Shown here: in pieces, positions 43,676 through 52,814 of the stretch | Layout: each line of letters opens with the position of its first letter | Position numbering within the stretch: the stretch's first letter is position 1 | IMG/VR virus record: IMGVR_UViG_3300004481_001312 | Location: 5,324-69,323 of that record | Length of the DNA stretch: 64,000 nucleotides | DNA from: a virus | Taxonomy: Duplodnaviria; Caudoviricetes | Strand: one strand, 5' to 3' | Notes under the pieces: generated by a model | The model's database searches: none | Told to the model about the DNA's origin: nothing | The model's input: the letters and a program-made list of their open reading frames with translations, nothing else | Translations under genes and position numbers: made by a program

Positions 43676-44920
43676 GTGAACCTAGACATCACCACCATCA
43701 GCAACATGTGGGGGGAGTATGGGCACTACGCGATCGTCGCGGCCCTCGGAATCTCCCTCGCCCTCCTCATCGCCACAATCCGACGCGTCACAGGACGCAA
43801 GACCACCACCAAAGACCGTGACGTACTCAGCAACGCCGTTACCCTCATGGTCCTAGCCCTCACGGCCGAGGGAATGTTCTGGGTCCTCACAACCAAGTTG
43901 TCCATGCCCCTTCCCTGGTGGCTCGCAATATTCGTGTGCGCCGTGGCCGAAGGATTGATGGTCAACTTCTTTAGGCTCGCCAAGGACTTCCAAGACCGCC
44001 ACGGCCGGCCCGGACCGTTCGGTACCGCGTTCTGGATCGTCGCCATCGCCGAAGGCGCGATAGTCGCCCTCGCCTCCAACAACATCGTCGAAATCGCCCT
44101 GCGCATACTCCTCCCCCTCGGCGTGGCACTCCTCCACTGGATAAAACTCACAGCCGAGAACAGCGAGGAGAACCGGGGTCAGTTCCTGTGGACCCCCCTC
44201 AACCTCATGATCCGACTCGGCGCGTGGAAGCCCGGGAAAACCACCATCACCGAGGCCGAGGCCAAGAGGTTCGAGGAAAAACTGACGAACGCCGCGTACA
44301 TGCTCGCATCAGCGCGGTGCTTCAAGAATCGCAAACGTCGCAGGGTCCGGAAGATGATGCTCAAGGCCGACCCAACAACCGCAGCATCCGTGATCGCGCA
44401 CCTCGAACTCGCCTACGGCATTGAGGCACGCATCGCGGCCGTCACGAAAACCGGTACAGAGGCAGTCAAGGCCGCCAGCGGAACCCAGACCCCGGCTATA
44501 GATACCACCGCAGGCGTGGATGCACTCCCAGTGGCCACCAACGGCCACCGGGACAACGGCAATCCCGTCCTCGACATCCAGGCAACCCCGGTCAACGGCC
44601 ACCGGCACAATGGCAACCAGCCCGCACTCGCCAGCACACCAGCGCGCAGGACTATGACAGCCCTCGCCATGACCACGGCCGAACGCGACGCTGATATCGT
44701 TATCCGCCACTGGGACGCACTGACCGGCCTTATACAGGCCGGCACCCTGTGCCGATCCGCGATCGAACGCGCGTGCACCGTCGGAGACGACAAGGTGCTC
44801 GCCCGGCAGGCGAAGCGTGTCCTGGACATTATGACCTGCGCGAATACCCTCGACTCTGGCATGTCGATCGAGGAACGGGTTGCCATGGCAATCAAGATGA
44901 TTGCCAACGGACAGAGGTGA
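43676..44920 (+). CDS. Spd/DUF2637-like multi-pass membrane protein (plasmid-spreading type)
   Basis: About five N-terminal TM segments, a WTP..L..RLGA motif and a low-complexity C-terminal region. Confidence 0.55.
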   Translation: MNLDITTISNMWGEYGHYAIVAALGISLALLIATIRRVTGRKTTTKDRDVLSNAVTLMVLALTAEGMFWVLTTKLSMPLPWWLAIFVCAVAEGLMVNFFRLAKDFQDRHGRPGPFGTAFWIVAIAEGAIVALASNNIVEIALRILLPLGVALLHWIKLTAENSEENRGQFLWTPLNLMIRLGAWKPGKTTITEAEAKRFEEKLTNAAYMLASARCFKNRKRRRVRKMMLKADPTTAASVIAHLELAYGIEARIAAVTKTGTEAVKAASGTQTPAIDTTAGVDALPVATNGHRDNGNPVLDIQATPVNGHRHNGNQPALASTPARRTMTALAMTTAERDADIVIRHWDALTGLIQAGTLCRSAIERACTVGDDKVLARQAKRVLDIMTCANTLDSGMSIEERVAMAIKMIANGQR

Positions 44921-44928
44921 CCACCACC

Positions 44929-45068
44929 ACCACGGCCCCCGGTATACCGCCGGGGGTCGTGTTGTATGTCTGGTCTGGAGGATCACCCAGAAGGATGACC
45001 GGTATGGCTTGGATAGCCCTAACGCGTCATGTAGACTATGGGCATGACGCAGAACACGAACACCACCG
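44929..45068 (+). repeat. 140-bp terminator-promoter-gene-start module, copy 2
   Basis: See 30801-30940. Confidence 0.92.
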
Positions 45069-45571
45069 CACGGACCGTCGCCAACCTCACCGCATCGATC
45101 CGACGGACAACCGGAGTCGTCCGCGACAACCACGCACGCGAACTCATCAACCACGTTGGAATCGACCTGGTGTCAATGCTCGTCGGGGCGTCCGACCGAT
45201 ACCACTCCGCCGAGCGCGCCCTGGACGAGGCCGAGGCGACAATGATCAACGCCATGGACGCGATCCACCGGATGATCGACCCCGACCCGGTCCGTAACAC
45301 CAGGTACCTCGTCGAAGCTATCGCGACGACGGCGCGCTGCTACGTGTCGGCCCTAGACGATGGCACCGAGGACGACCGGGCGCGTGCCCGGGAGTTGTTC
45401 ATCGAGGCGACCGGTGACGTCGCCGGAATGATGACGACGACGGAGGGGCGTGCCGAGGTTCCGATCCTGGCCTTCGCCGCTATGTCATCCGCCATGGCGG
45501 AGAGGACCGAACAGGCGACCAAGGACGCGTACCGCGCGATCCAAACCGTGATCAATAACAAGTTCAACTGA
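45044..45571 (+). CDS. Hypothetical helical protein (MTQNTNTT start)
   Basis: TTGGAT-17-TAGACT lies 6 nt before the ATG; hairpin follows the stop. Confidence 0.7.
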   Translation: MTQNTNTTARTVANLTASIRRTTGVVRDNHARELINHVGIDLVSMLVGASDRYHSAERALDEAEATMINAMDAIHRMIDPDPVRNTRYLVEAIATTARCYVSALDDGTEDDRARARELFIEATGDVAGMMTTTEGRAEVPILAFAAMSSAMAERTEQATKDAYRAIQTVINNKFN

Positions 45572-45586
45572 CAACAACCACGACGA

Positions 45587-45613
45587 CGGCCCCCGGCATA
45601 CCGCCGGGGGCCG
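45587..45613 (+). repeat. Dispersed hairpin family copy (inverted)
   Basis: CGGCCCCCGG-CATACCG-CCGGGGGCCG. Confidence 0.8.
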
Positions 45614-45646
45614 ATCCATTGGGTTGTGAGGTACGCCATACCAACC

Positions 45647-46422
45647 CGTACGGCCCGTACGCCCCCCGTACAACCGGTGGGCATACGCGTGTCTGTATCC
45701 CGTACGCCTCCGTACGGCACGCCCCGTACGCCTAAATCCGATCATGGTTATGGGCAGTTTCCCGTACGGCGCGATCCCGACCGTACGGCCAGTACTGGGA
45801 CCGGCGTGCTGACGTACGGGGACCGGCGTACGGCCGTACGGGCCACAAGGGGGCGTACGTGGTGGTTGGTGTACGGAGTCGTACGGGTATTGGTGTACGT
45901 GGTCGTACGGGATCGTGGCGTACGGTCAGACCGCCGTACGGCCTCCCCGTCCGTACGGACGTACGGCCCGTACGCTGGCCGGTTTCCATACGCTGGTTCC
46001 GTACGGCCTCCCCGTACGCCGATCCCTATATGCCGTGACGCTGGGCCGTACTCCGTACGGTGCCTTGTTGGCGTACGGGTTGTACGGGGACGCAGGGTTG
46101 TACGGCTCGTACGGCGTACCCACCGGTCGGCCCCGTACGGACTGGGCATCGACCGGAGGAGTTCTGGCGTGGTCGTACGGTGTGCGGGCGTGCGTGCCGT
46201 ACGCGGGTCTGTGTACCGGATCCGTACGGCCGGATTCGTACGGGGCGTCAGTCGTACGCGTACGGGCGTACGGGGCGTCAGTCGTACGCGTACGGGCGTA
46301 CGGGGCGTCAGTCGTACGCGTACGGGGTGGTTTGCGTACAGGAGCCGCACGAAGTCGTACGGGTCGAGTCCGTGCGGTCGGGGACGTAGGGGCGTACGTA
46401 CGGCGTGCCCGTACGGCGTACG
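45647..46422. repeat. Dense array of the palindrome CGTACG, including a 3x30-bp tandem repeat
   Basis: About 41 perfect CGTACG by hand count in 776 bp; tandem unit CGTACGGGGCGTCAGTCGTACGCGTACGGG at 46237-46326. Confidence 0.95.
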
Positions 46423-46449
46423 GACAACCAGCAAGCATGACCCCATAGG

Positions 46450-46478
46450 TTGGCTATTTCCTGGCATGCCGGTATACT
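46450..46478 (+). promoter_or_regulatory. SigA-type promoter of the tra-like operon
   Basis: TTGGCT-17-TATACT. Confidence 0.65.
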
Positions 46479-46504
46479 GATTGGAGACCATTTAGGGGGA
46501 GCGC

Positions 46505-46804
46505 ATGACAGAACACCCGAACAACAAGACCCCACTCGACATCAACGAGTTGATCACCGTTCGGACCCCAATGGGCGCACAAATCACCCTATACCGAAAT
46601 TCTCAGTCGTACCGGGTCACTGCTACCGACTGCTATACCCGACGACTCCGCGAACCAGCGACGTTCGTCACCGAGCAGCCCGCCCGTGACCAGGCCCGAG
46701 TCTGGACCCTCGAACTGCTCCGCGACCACACGACGTTCGAGGTCGAAACCATACGCAACGGAACCACCAACCGATACACCGTCGACATGGAGGCAAGAAA
46801 GTGA
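46505..46804 (+). CDS. Hypothetical protein
   Basis: GGGGGAG RBS; GTGA overlap with the next gene. Confidence 0.65.
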   Translation: MTEHPNNKTPLDINELITVRTPMGAQITLYRNSQSYRVTATDCYTRRLREPATFVTEQPARDQARVWTLELLRDHTTFEVETIRNGTTNRYTVDMEARK

Positions 46805-47013
46805 CCTCGTCCGTACTCGCCGCGCTACTCGCCATCGCAGCCGGCCTCTACATTTTTTTCTCGTCTAACCGCCTTTCAACCGCCGCGATGGTCATCGCAT
46901 TCATCACACTCGGTTATCTCTCCGGGAACACCGGAACCACGTTCGGCGGTTGGGTCGCCGGAATCGTTTCCGGCGTGACCATGCTCATTGACTGGGTGGC
47001 ATCACTATTCTAA
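46801..47013 (+). CDS. Small membrane protein (Spd-like)
   Basis: 70 aa, almost entirely hydrophobic, in the tra-like operon. Confidence 0.6.
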   Translation: MTSSVLAALLAIAAGLYIFFSSNRLSTAAMVIAFITLGYLSGNTGTTFGGWVAGIVSGVTMLIDWVASLF

Positions 47014-47039
47014 GAGCGCCATCATCTACGCAGTGTTAT

Positions 47040-47162
47040 TGTCAGGGTGTCAGGGTGTCAGGGTTTACAGTCACCCAGACACCCTCCGGACAGCCGCGAA
47101 ATCCCTGGTAAACGGTCTTTCTCAAACGGCCAGTGCACCCTGACACCACTCACCCCAGACAC
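47040..47162. repeat. Cluster of TGTCAGGG / CACCC(T/A)GACAC repeats
   Basis: TGTCAGGG x3 in tandem at 47040-47063; opposite-orientation variants near 47072, 47136 and 47152. Confidence 0.8.
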
Positions 47163-47182
47163 GTCACACACAGTGAGGAACG

Positions 47183-48586
47183 ATGACTACGTCAACACCA
47201 CCACCGACCCCTACCGCGCCAACATCAACCCAACCGGCCCCACCACCGGCCCAACAAGCACCGACAACCCAAACCGAAACCCTCAAACCAACTACACAAC
47301 GTCGCCGTCCAAAGATCAACCGCGAGACAGCGATCGTGATAGCCCTGGTCGTAGCCACGGCCGAGCTCGCCCTAGTCGCGGCCATCGGATCCTGGGCACG
47401 GTGGCTCATCATCCATGCCGCAATCGCCGTGATCGCCCTGATCGTGTTCCTCGCCAAGTTCGGACGGAACCGCAGACGCGCCACCGGCAATGGCACTGGC
47501 GGAGGCCGGGGACGTGGACTCGCAGGACTCCTCGGCGGACACGGCCGGGGCAACGTCCGGGGCAACGGCAACGGCACTGGCGGAGGCCGGGGACGTGGAC
47601 TCGCAGGACTCCTCGGCGGACACGGCACCGGAGCTGGCGGAGGCCGGGGACGTGGACTCGCAGGACTCCTCGGCGGACACGGCCGGGGCAACGTCCGGGG
47701 CAACGGCAACGGAAATGGCAATGGCACTGGCGGAGGCCGGGGACGTGGACTCGCAGGACTCCTCGGCGGACACGGCCGGGGCAACGTCCGGGGCAACGGC
47801 AACGGCACCGGGACCAACTGGGGAAGTCGTGGCAACGGACTCGGAGGACTCTTCGGAGGCACCGGAGGCGGACACGGAACCGGAGCTGGCGGACACGGAA
47901 CTGGACGTGGCACCGGAGCTGGCGGACACGGAACTGGACGTGGCACCGGAAGACACGGAGGAGGCCTCGACCTGTTAGGCCACGGTGGCGACAAGGACAG
48001 TCACGGCCTCCTCGCCAGCACCTTAGGCGAAATCAAGAAGGGCTGGAACGCAGCCGCCACTAAAGACAAGGAGGATCCCGACACCGAATCCGAACCCGAC
48101 GACATCGAACCCGAACCCGACAACACCGAAGAAGAACCGGCCGGCCAGGAAACGCCAGACACACCGGCCACATCACAAGGGGAATCAACCAAGATGGTCA
48201 AGACACAAGGAACTCCGAGCCTCCAAGCGTGGGGACGATGCCTCCCATCCGTCGAACAAGCCCTGCTGGAAAAGCAGCGCGAACTCCGGCGCGTCGAGGC
48301 AGACCTGGAAAACATCGCCGAGGCAGTATCACGCCTCCATAACCAGGGCGAGCAAGAACTGCCGGCCTCGCCGAAACTAGTCGCCCTCCTAGCCGACGTC
48401 CAGGCGTCCCTGAACAGACTTCCACTGGTGTCCGAAGTCATCGGAAAAATCGCTAGCAACGCGAACGCGCTCGCACCGCTTTACCGCACCGAACACACCG
48501 GAGACGAGGACCGACTTGCCGGTATGCGTGGTGGTGTCGAGCGGGAAAAGCGCTCCGACGTCGGAGAAGCACAAAAAGACACCTGA
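47183..48586 (+). CDS. TraA-like protein: two TM segments, Gly/Arg-rich repeats, helical C-terminal domain
   Basis: GGGRGRGLAGLLGGHG x4; C-terminal H..DE.RL...RGG..EKRSDV; directly upstream of traB. Confidence 0.55.
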   Translation: MTTSTPPPTPTAPTSTQPAPPPAQQAPTTQTETLKPTTQRRRPKINRETAIVIALVVATAELALVAAIGSWARWLIIHAAIAVIALIVFLAKFGRNRRRATGNGTGGGRGRGLAGLLGGHGRGNVRGNGNGTGGGRGRGLAGLLGGHGTGAGGGRGRGLAGLLGGHGRGNVRGNGNGNGNGTGGGRGRGLAGLLGGHGRGNVRGNGNGTGTNWGSRGNGLGGLFGGTGGGHGTGAGGHGTGRGTGAGGHGTGRGTGRHGGGLDLLGHGGDKDSHGLLASTLGEIKKGWNAAATKDKEDPDTESEPDDIEPEPDNTEEEPAGQETPDTPATSQGESTKMVKTQGTPSLQAWGRCLPSVEQALLEKQRELRRVEADLENIAEAVSRLHNQGEQELPASPKLVALLADVQASLNRLPLVSEVIGKIASNANALAPLYRTEHTGDEDRLAGMRGGVEREKRSDVGEAQKDT

Positions 48587-48613
48587 CCGACCCAATCCAG
48601 AGAGGAGGACGCC

Positions 48614-50857
48614 GTGAAACACCCCACCACAAAAACAACCAGCCACGTCCCGTCCTACGCGTTGATCGGCCTCCTCGGGCCGGTCGTAACGGCACTCGCC
48701 TGCCAGACCATCCCGGGTATTCCGGCCGCAGTACCAACAGCGGCCGGCGTGCTCCTCGCCATCGTCACCTACGCGGCCCGGAACACCCGGTCGACAACGG
48801 CGACCAGGGCCGCCCTCACGGCCCTGTTCGTCGCGGCCGGCTCGATCTGGGCTAGCGTCGCGGCTACGGCCGGGATCACTCCCCTCGGGTGCGTGGTCCT
48901 CGCCGTTGGCGTAACCATCGGAACAATGGTCATGCTCGCCATACCAATTCCACTCACCAAGGAGGAACTCGAAGCGATCGCTGCGGCCGAGGCAGCGGCA
49001 CTCGCGGAGGCCGAGGCTGCGGCTGCGGCTGCCGACCCCAACTATGGGCTTCCAGCTGGCCGGACCAGGCAGGAAGAGACCATGCAGGCCCTACTCCGCC
49101 GTTTGTCCAATACCAACATCTCAGTCGTAAAAATCGAATCGTGGGAGACCCCGGACGACGGCATGGACATCCGGGTGTCCCTAGTTGAGGGAATGGAACC
49201 AAAGGACCTCGTAAACCTATGCGGAAAGATCCAATCAACTCCGCAACTCCGACTTCCGCAGGGATGTGTAGTAACTGTCCTCGACGGGGACTACCAATGC
49301 GAGGCCGTTATACGGGTCATGCTCCGTGACTGCCTCAAGGACCACATCATTTTGGATGAGTACGAGTCGGCAACCCCAGCCTCGATCAATGACCCGTTCC
49401 CACTGATGCGCTCCCCACAGGGCAACTGGTTCACGGTCTGCCTCCGCATCTTCTGCATGATCGTCGGTGGAACCACGGGTAGCGGTAAAACCACCCTCCT
49501 CAACCGGATCATCGCCTATTTGGCGAGATGCACCGACGCGCTAATCTGGGTAGTCGATTTCAACGGCGGCGGACTCGGCGCGCCGTGGAACCGACCTTTC
49601 GAGGAGGGAAAAACCACCAAGCCGATCATCGACTGGTTGGGCGACACCGAAGAGGAATCAGCCGTGATCATGGCATGCGCGAAGGGTATCGCGAAGGGCC
49701 GCAAAACCGACCGCGAATCAGTTCAAATGCGCCGTGACGCAGGCACTAACGTCCTTCCCCTAAGCCCCAAAAAGCCTGCCATCGTCGTCCTCACAGACGA
49801 GGGCGGGGAGGTACGCCAGGCCGCCAACGTCCTCGGCCAGATCGTCTGCTCGCAAATCTCTAGCCTCGCCCAGATTGGTAGGGAAACCGGAGTTCGCGTA
49901 ATAATGTCCGTACTACGCGGTACCGCAGACCTATTGGACAAGGCACTTCGCACCGTGTGTTCCATCCGGGTGTGCCTCCGCATGGACGAGGAAGGCGAGT
50001 ACGACCACGTCCTAGGCCGCAACCCGGGACGTGTACGCCTCATGCACACCGGTTCCGCATGGATCTACCGGACAACACAGGACTACCGGCCAGTCGTCGG
50101 CCGGTCGGTCGATGTTCCCCCCGCGTTCGTCGAACAGCACGCTATCGACTGCGCGAACCTACGACCAGACCTCGACAAGGCCGGTCAGGCCATATGCGCC
50201 AACATCAAACTTACAGACGTGTTCGCCGGACGCGACCCGGGGAACTACGAGGAGTTGTTGGACCACCCGGCGCTCGTCGATGTCACCACCGGAACCGCCT
50301 ACACCAGGCGGCACCAGCGGCGCGCCGAACGCCTCTCCGCGATAGAACGTGGCGAGGACCCCGACAGTCAGGCCGGCCGTCGTACGGCGACCACGGACGT
50401 CCCAACCGCACCACGCGCCAGTTCCGCCACAGCGAGTCTTCTTAACCAGGTCGACAAATTGGGAACTGGTAGGAAATCGGCCCCTGCGGCACGCGCCACA
50501 GCGCCAACAACGACACCGTCCGAAACCGATGTGTTCAATGCGCTGACCAGCGGAAAGCACCTAATGCTCGAAGGGCACTGCCCGATAGACACTACCAACA
50601 CCACTTTCCCGGCATCGGCCCCGACGACCGGGGAGACCATCCCCGACGCGCCAACCACGACGCTCCGCGAGCGCCTCAACCTGATGCTGACCGACATCTA
50701 CCCAAATGGCCTCAAGGCCGGGGAGATCGAGGCGACCCTGAAGGCCGAGGTGTTCCGGTACTCCAGGGGAAATCTGTTCGAGGTGCTGAAGGCCATGGTC
50801 GGGAAGCACGGCGAGTTGGACAAGGTAGACGACCGGTACTACCGGACGCTCGTCTGA
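48614..50857 (+). CDS. traB: TraB-like FtsK/SpoIIIE conjugative DNA translocase
   Basis: N-terminal TM segments, Walker A GGTTGSGKT, Walker B IVVLTDE, LAQIGRETGV, C-terminal winged-helix-like domain. Confidence 0.85.
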   Translation: MKHPTTKTTSHVPSYALIGLLGPVVTALACQTIPGIPAAVPTAAGVLLAIVTYAARNTRSTTATRAALTALFVAAGSIWASVAATAGITPLGCVVLAVGVTIGTMVMLAIPIPLTKEELEAIAAAEAAALAEAEAAAAAADPNYGLPAGRTRQEETMQALLRRLSNTNISVVKIESWETPDDGMDIRVSLVEGMEPKDLVNLCGKIQSTPQLRLPQGCVVTVLDGDYQCEAVIRVMLRDCLKDHIILDEYESATPASINDPFPLMRSPQGNWFTVCLRIFCMIVGGTTGSGKTTLLNRIIAYLARCTDALIWVVDFNGGGLGAPWNRPFEEGKTTKPIIDWLGDTEEESAVIMACAKGIAKGRKTDRESVQMRRDAGTNVLPLSPKKPAIVVLTDEGGEVRQAANVLGQIVCSQISSLAQIGRETGVRVIMSVLRGTADLLDKALRTVCSIRVCLRMDEEGEYDHVLGRNPGRVRLMHTGSAWIYRTTQDYRPVVGRSVDVPPAFVEQHAIDCANLRPDLDKAGQAICANIKLTDVFAGRDPGNYEELLDHPALVDVTTGTAYTRRHQRRAERLSAIERGEDPDSQAGRRTATTDVPTAPRASSATASLLNQVDKLGTGRKSAPAARATAPTTTPSETDVFNALTSGKHLMLEGHCPIDTTNTTFPASAPTTGETIPDAPTTTLRERLNLMLTDIYPNGLKAGEIEATLKAEVFRYSRGNLFEVLKAMVGKHGELDKVDDRYYRTLV

Positions 50858-50868
50858 CCGGTGAACGA

Positions 50869-50899
50869 CGAAGGCCCCGGGATCATCCCGGGGCCTTCG
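50869..50899. terminator. Hairpin after traB
   Basis: CGAAGGCCCCGGG-ATCAT-CCCGGGGCCTTCG. Confidence 0.75.
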
Positions 50900-51215
50900 C
50901 TATGTCGTGTCGCTAGGCTAACGATCCAATCGTTGGGAGATTATCCCAGTCGATCGGTGCTCGGGCCGCTTCTATCCGGCCGGCCGCGTCCAGTCCGGCA
51001 CGAACGAGTACGAGTATCTCCGCCTCGCCGATTCCTGCCAGATGCGCCATGGTCACGGAATCGATGACGCGCTGGCGCTCGCGATCGGTTGTCATACAGC
51101 CAGGGTACGCCTGGGGTATAACATTCGCCATTTGCCTATGATGACAGCCCCGCCACTGACAACACGCCATTATGGCGTATTATGAAACATGGTCAAACCA
51201 ACAGAAAGGACAATA

Positions 51216-52007
51216 ATGATCGACCACACTTACGGAATCGCAGAGGAATCAGGCACCTGGTACATCACCGTAGATGGAGAAATATCCAGGAATATCACCT
51301 ATGTAACATCGAAGTCCGCCCAACGCATCGCAGACAAACTCACCACGGCAAGCAATCTGTGGACCGGCGTCTTCGCCATCGAAACCAAGATCGCGCAAGC
51401 TCTCAAAAACGAGCCATGGCCCTACGGCGCGACGTGCGTCAACCACGGAACAGACACAGACCAGGAATGGATACTCACCGAGCCATACCGCTCAGATGAA
51501 GTCGTTAGACTCGTCAACCCAGATCCAACCGGATACGTCCAAATTAGCGTCTACACCAGGCCGCTATACGAAATAGCATGTCTGGTGGCCGATATCGACC
51601 CGGACACCGACGAATCGATTAGCGCAGAATTCTGCGATTACGGACACGGCCAACTCGTTCCAGAGGACGCTAATCCACCAGAGGTTGTCAAAAGCCGACT
51701 CAACCACCGACGGTCTATCGGAATTCACATCGAGAAGACCATCGAATATGATGCGAGACTCGACCTTCTCGAATCCGCGAAACTCATGATCAATTGTTAC
51801 ACGAGACTTCAATACGCGTCCGCGTGCTCGATCATGGGAACCGCGCTGCTCGAAGACGAACAAGTAATGCTCATCGTCCTACTTGACGTTATCAAGGGAA
51901 TGGGGATGGAACTCGACATTCCCAACGTTCCAAACGATCTGGTAACAACCAATCTCGCCTATAGCCGCGCGGCGGGAATCATTACCGAGAAACACGACGA
52001 CAAATGA
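51216..52007 (+). CDS. Hypothetical protein
   Basis: AGAAAGGA RBS; upstream CTGACA-16-TATTAT with the palindrome ACGCCATTATGGCGT in the spacer. Confidence 0.65.
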   Translation: MIDHTYGIAEESGTWYITVDGEISRNITYVTSKSAQRIADKLTTASNLWTGVFAIETKIAQALKNEPWPYGATCVNHGTDTDQEWILTEPYRSDEVVRLVNPDPTGYVQISVYTRPLYEIACLVADIDPDTDESISAEFCDYGHGQLVPEDANPPEVVKSRLNHRRSIGIHIEKTIEYDARLDLLESAKLMINCYTRLQYASACSIMGTALLEDEQVMLIVLLDVIKGMGMELDIPNVPNDLVTTNLAYSRAAGIITEKHDDK

Positions 52008-52255
52008 CCAACCCAAAAGGATGGAACCTAGCAACGGAAACGAACATCAACCCGATCGTCACGATCGTTGAACTCGTTTCCATCACAGGGCTTAGCCGTT
52101 GGACCGTCCGGGAAATGCTAGTCCGCTACCAGGTACCACCACTCCCAAGAAACGGAACCCGTGACACCATCCGATACCAACGCCAACACGTCCTCTCCGC
52201 TATCGAGTCAATGACCGGAAGAGGAAACAGAAACCGAAGGAGCAAGCAGCCATGA
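52004..52255 (+). CDS. Small HTH protein (excisionase-like)
   Basis: VTIVELVSITGLSRWTVREML..IRYQRQHV. Confidence 0.6.
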   Translation: MTNPKGWNLATETNINPIVTIVELVSITGLSRWTVREMLVRYQVPPLPRNGTRDTIRYQRQHVLSAIESMTGRGNRNRRSKQP

Positions 52256-52800
52256 TGACGCAGACCCATGGCGTGACCGGTCTAGCAATGTGGATGTCCG
52301 GCGACGCACTTGCCCGCGCACTCGGCGCAAACCATCCTTACTACGTGACAATCGCCGGTGCCCTCATAGCGTGGGGTGCCGCGAAGGCACCCGACATCGA
52401 CAACCCCAACAGCCGACCCGGCCGGCAGGTCAACAAACTGATCCCCGGACTTAGCGACATGATCGAATCTGTGGTTGGCCACCGTGGCCTCACCCACTGG
52501 GCCAGCACCGGCATAGCCAACGGAGTAACCCTGGGTGCCATCGCCTCACTCATCAACCCGTCGATGTGGTGGATCGGCCTCGCCGTGACAATCGGCTGGC
52601 TCACCCACATAGCCGGGGACTGCTGCACCTACCGTGGGGTGCCGGCGTACGGTCCGTTCAACCTAGATCCGATCCGCCTGCCATACGGATACCGAATCGA
52701 GTGCGGAGGTCAGATCGAGACCAGAATCGTCTACCCACTGACCGTCGTCTGGGCACTATCGGTGTTCACGACGTCGGTTGCGCTCACAGTGTTCTCTTGA
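52252..52800 (+). CDS. YdjM-like membrane metal-dependent hydrolase
   Basis: TH, PDID, HRGLTH, H..GDCCT..GVP motifs. Confidence 0.88.
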   Translation: MMTQTHGVTGLAMWMSGDALARALGANHPYYVTIAGALIAWGAAKAPDIDNPNSRPGRQVNKLIPGLSDMIESVVGHRGLTHWASTGIANGVTLGAIASLINPSMWWIGLAVTIGWLTHIAGDCCTYRGVPAYGPFNLDPIRLPYGYRIECGGQIETRIVYPLTVVWALSVFTTSVALTVFS

Positions 52801-52814
52801 TAGGTGACCCACCA

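Noticed and set aside
45626-46491. Long overlapping ORFs on both strands across the CGTACG array
   Set aside because: The motif has no stop in any frame, so long ORFs are expected; products are RT/PY/VR low-complexity with no RBS or domain.
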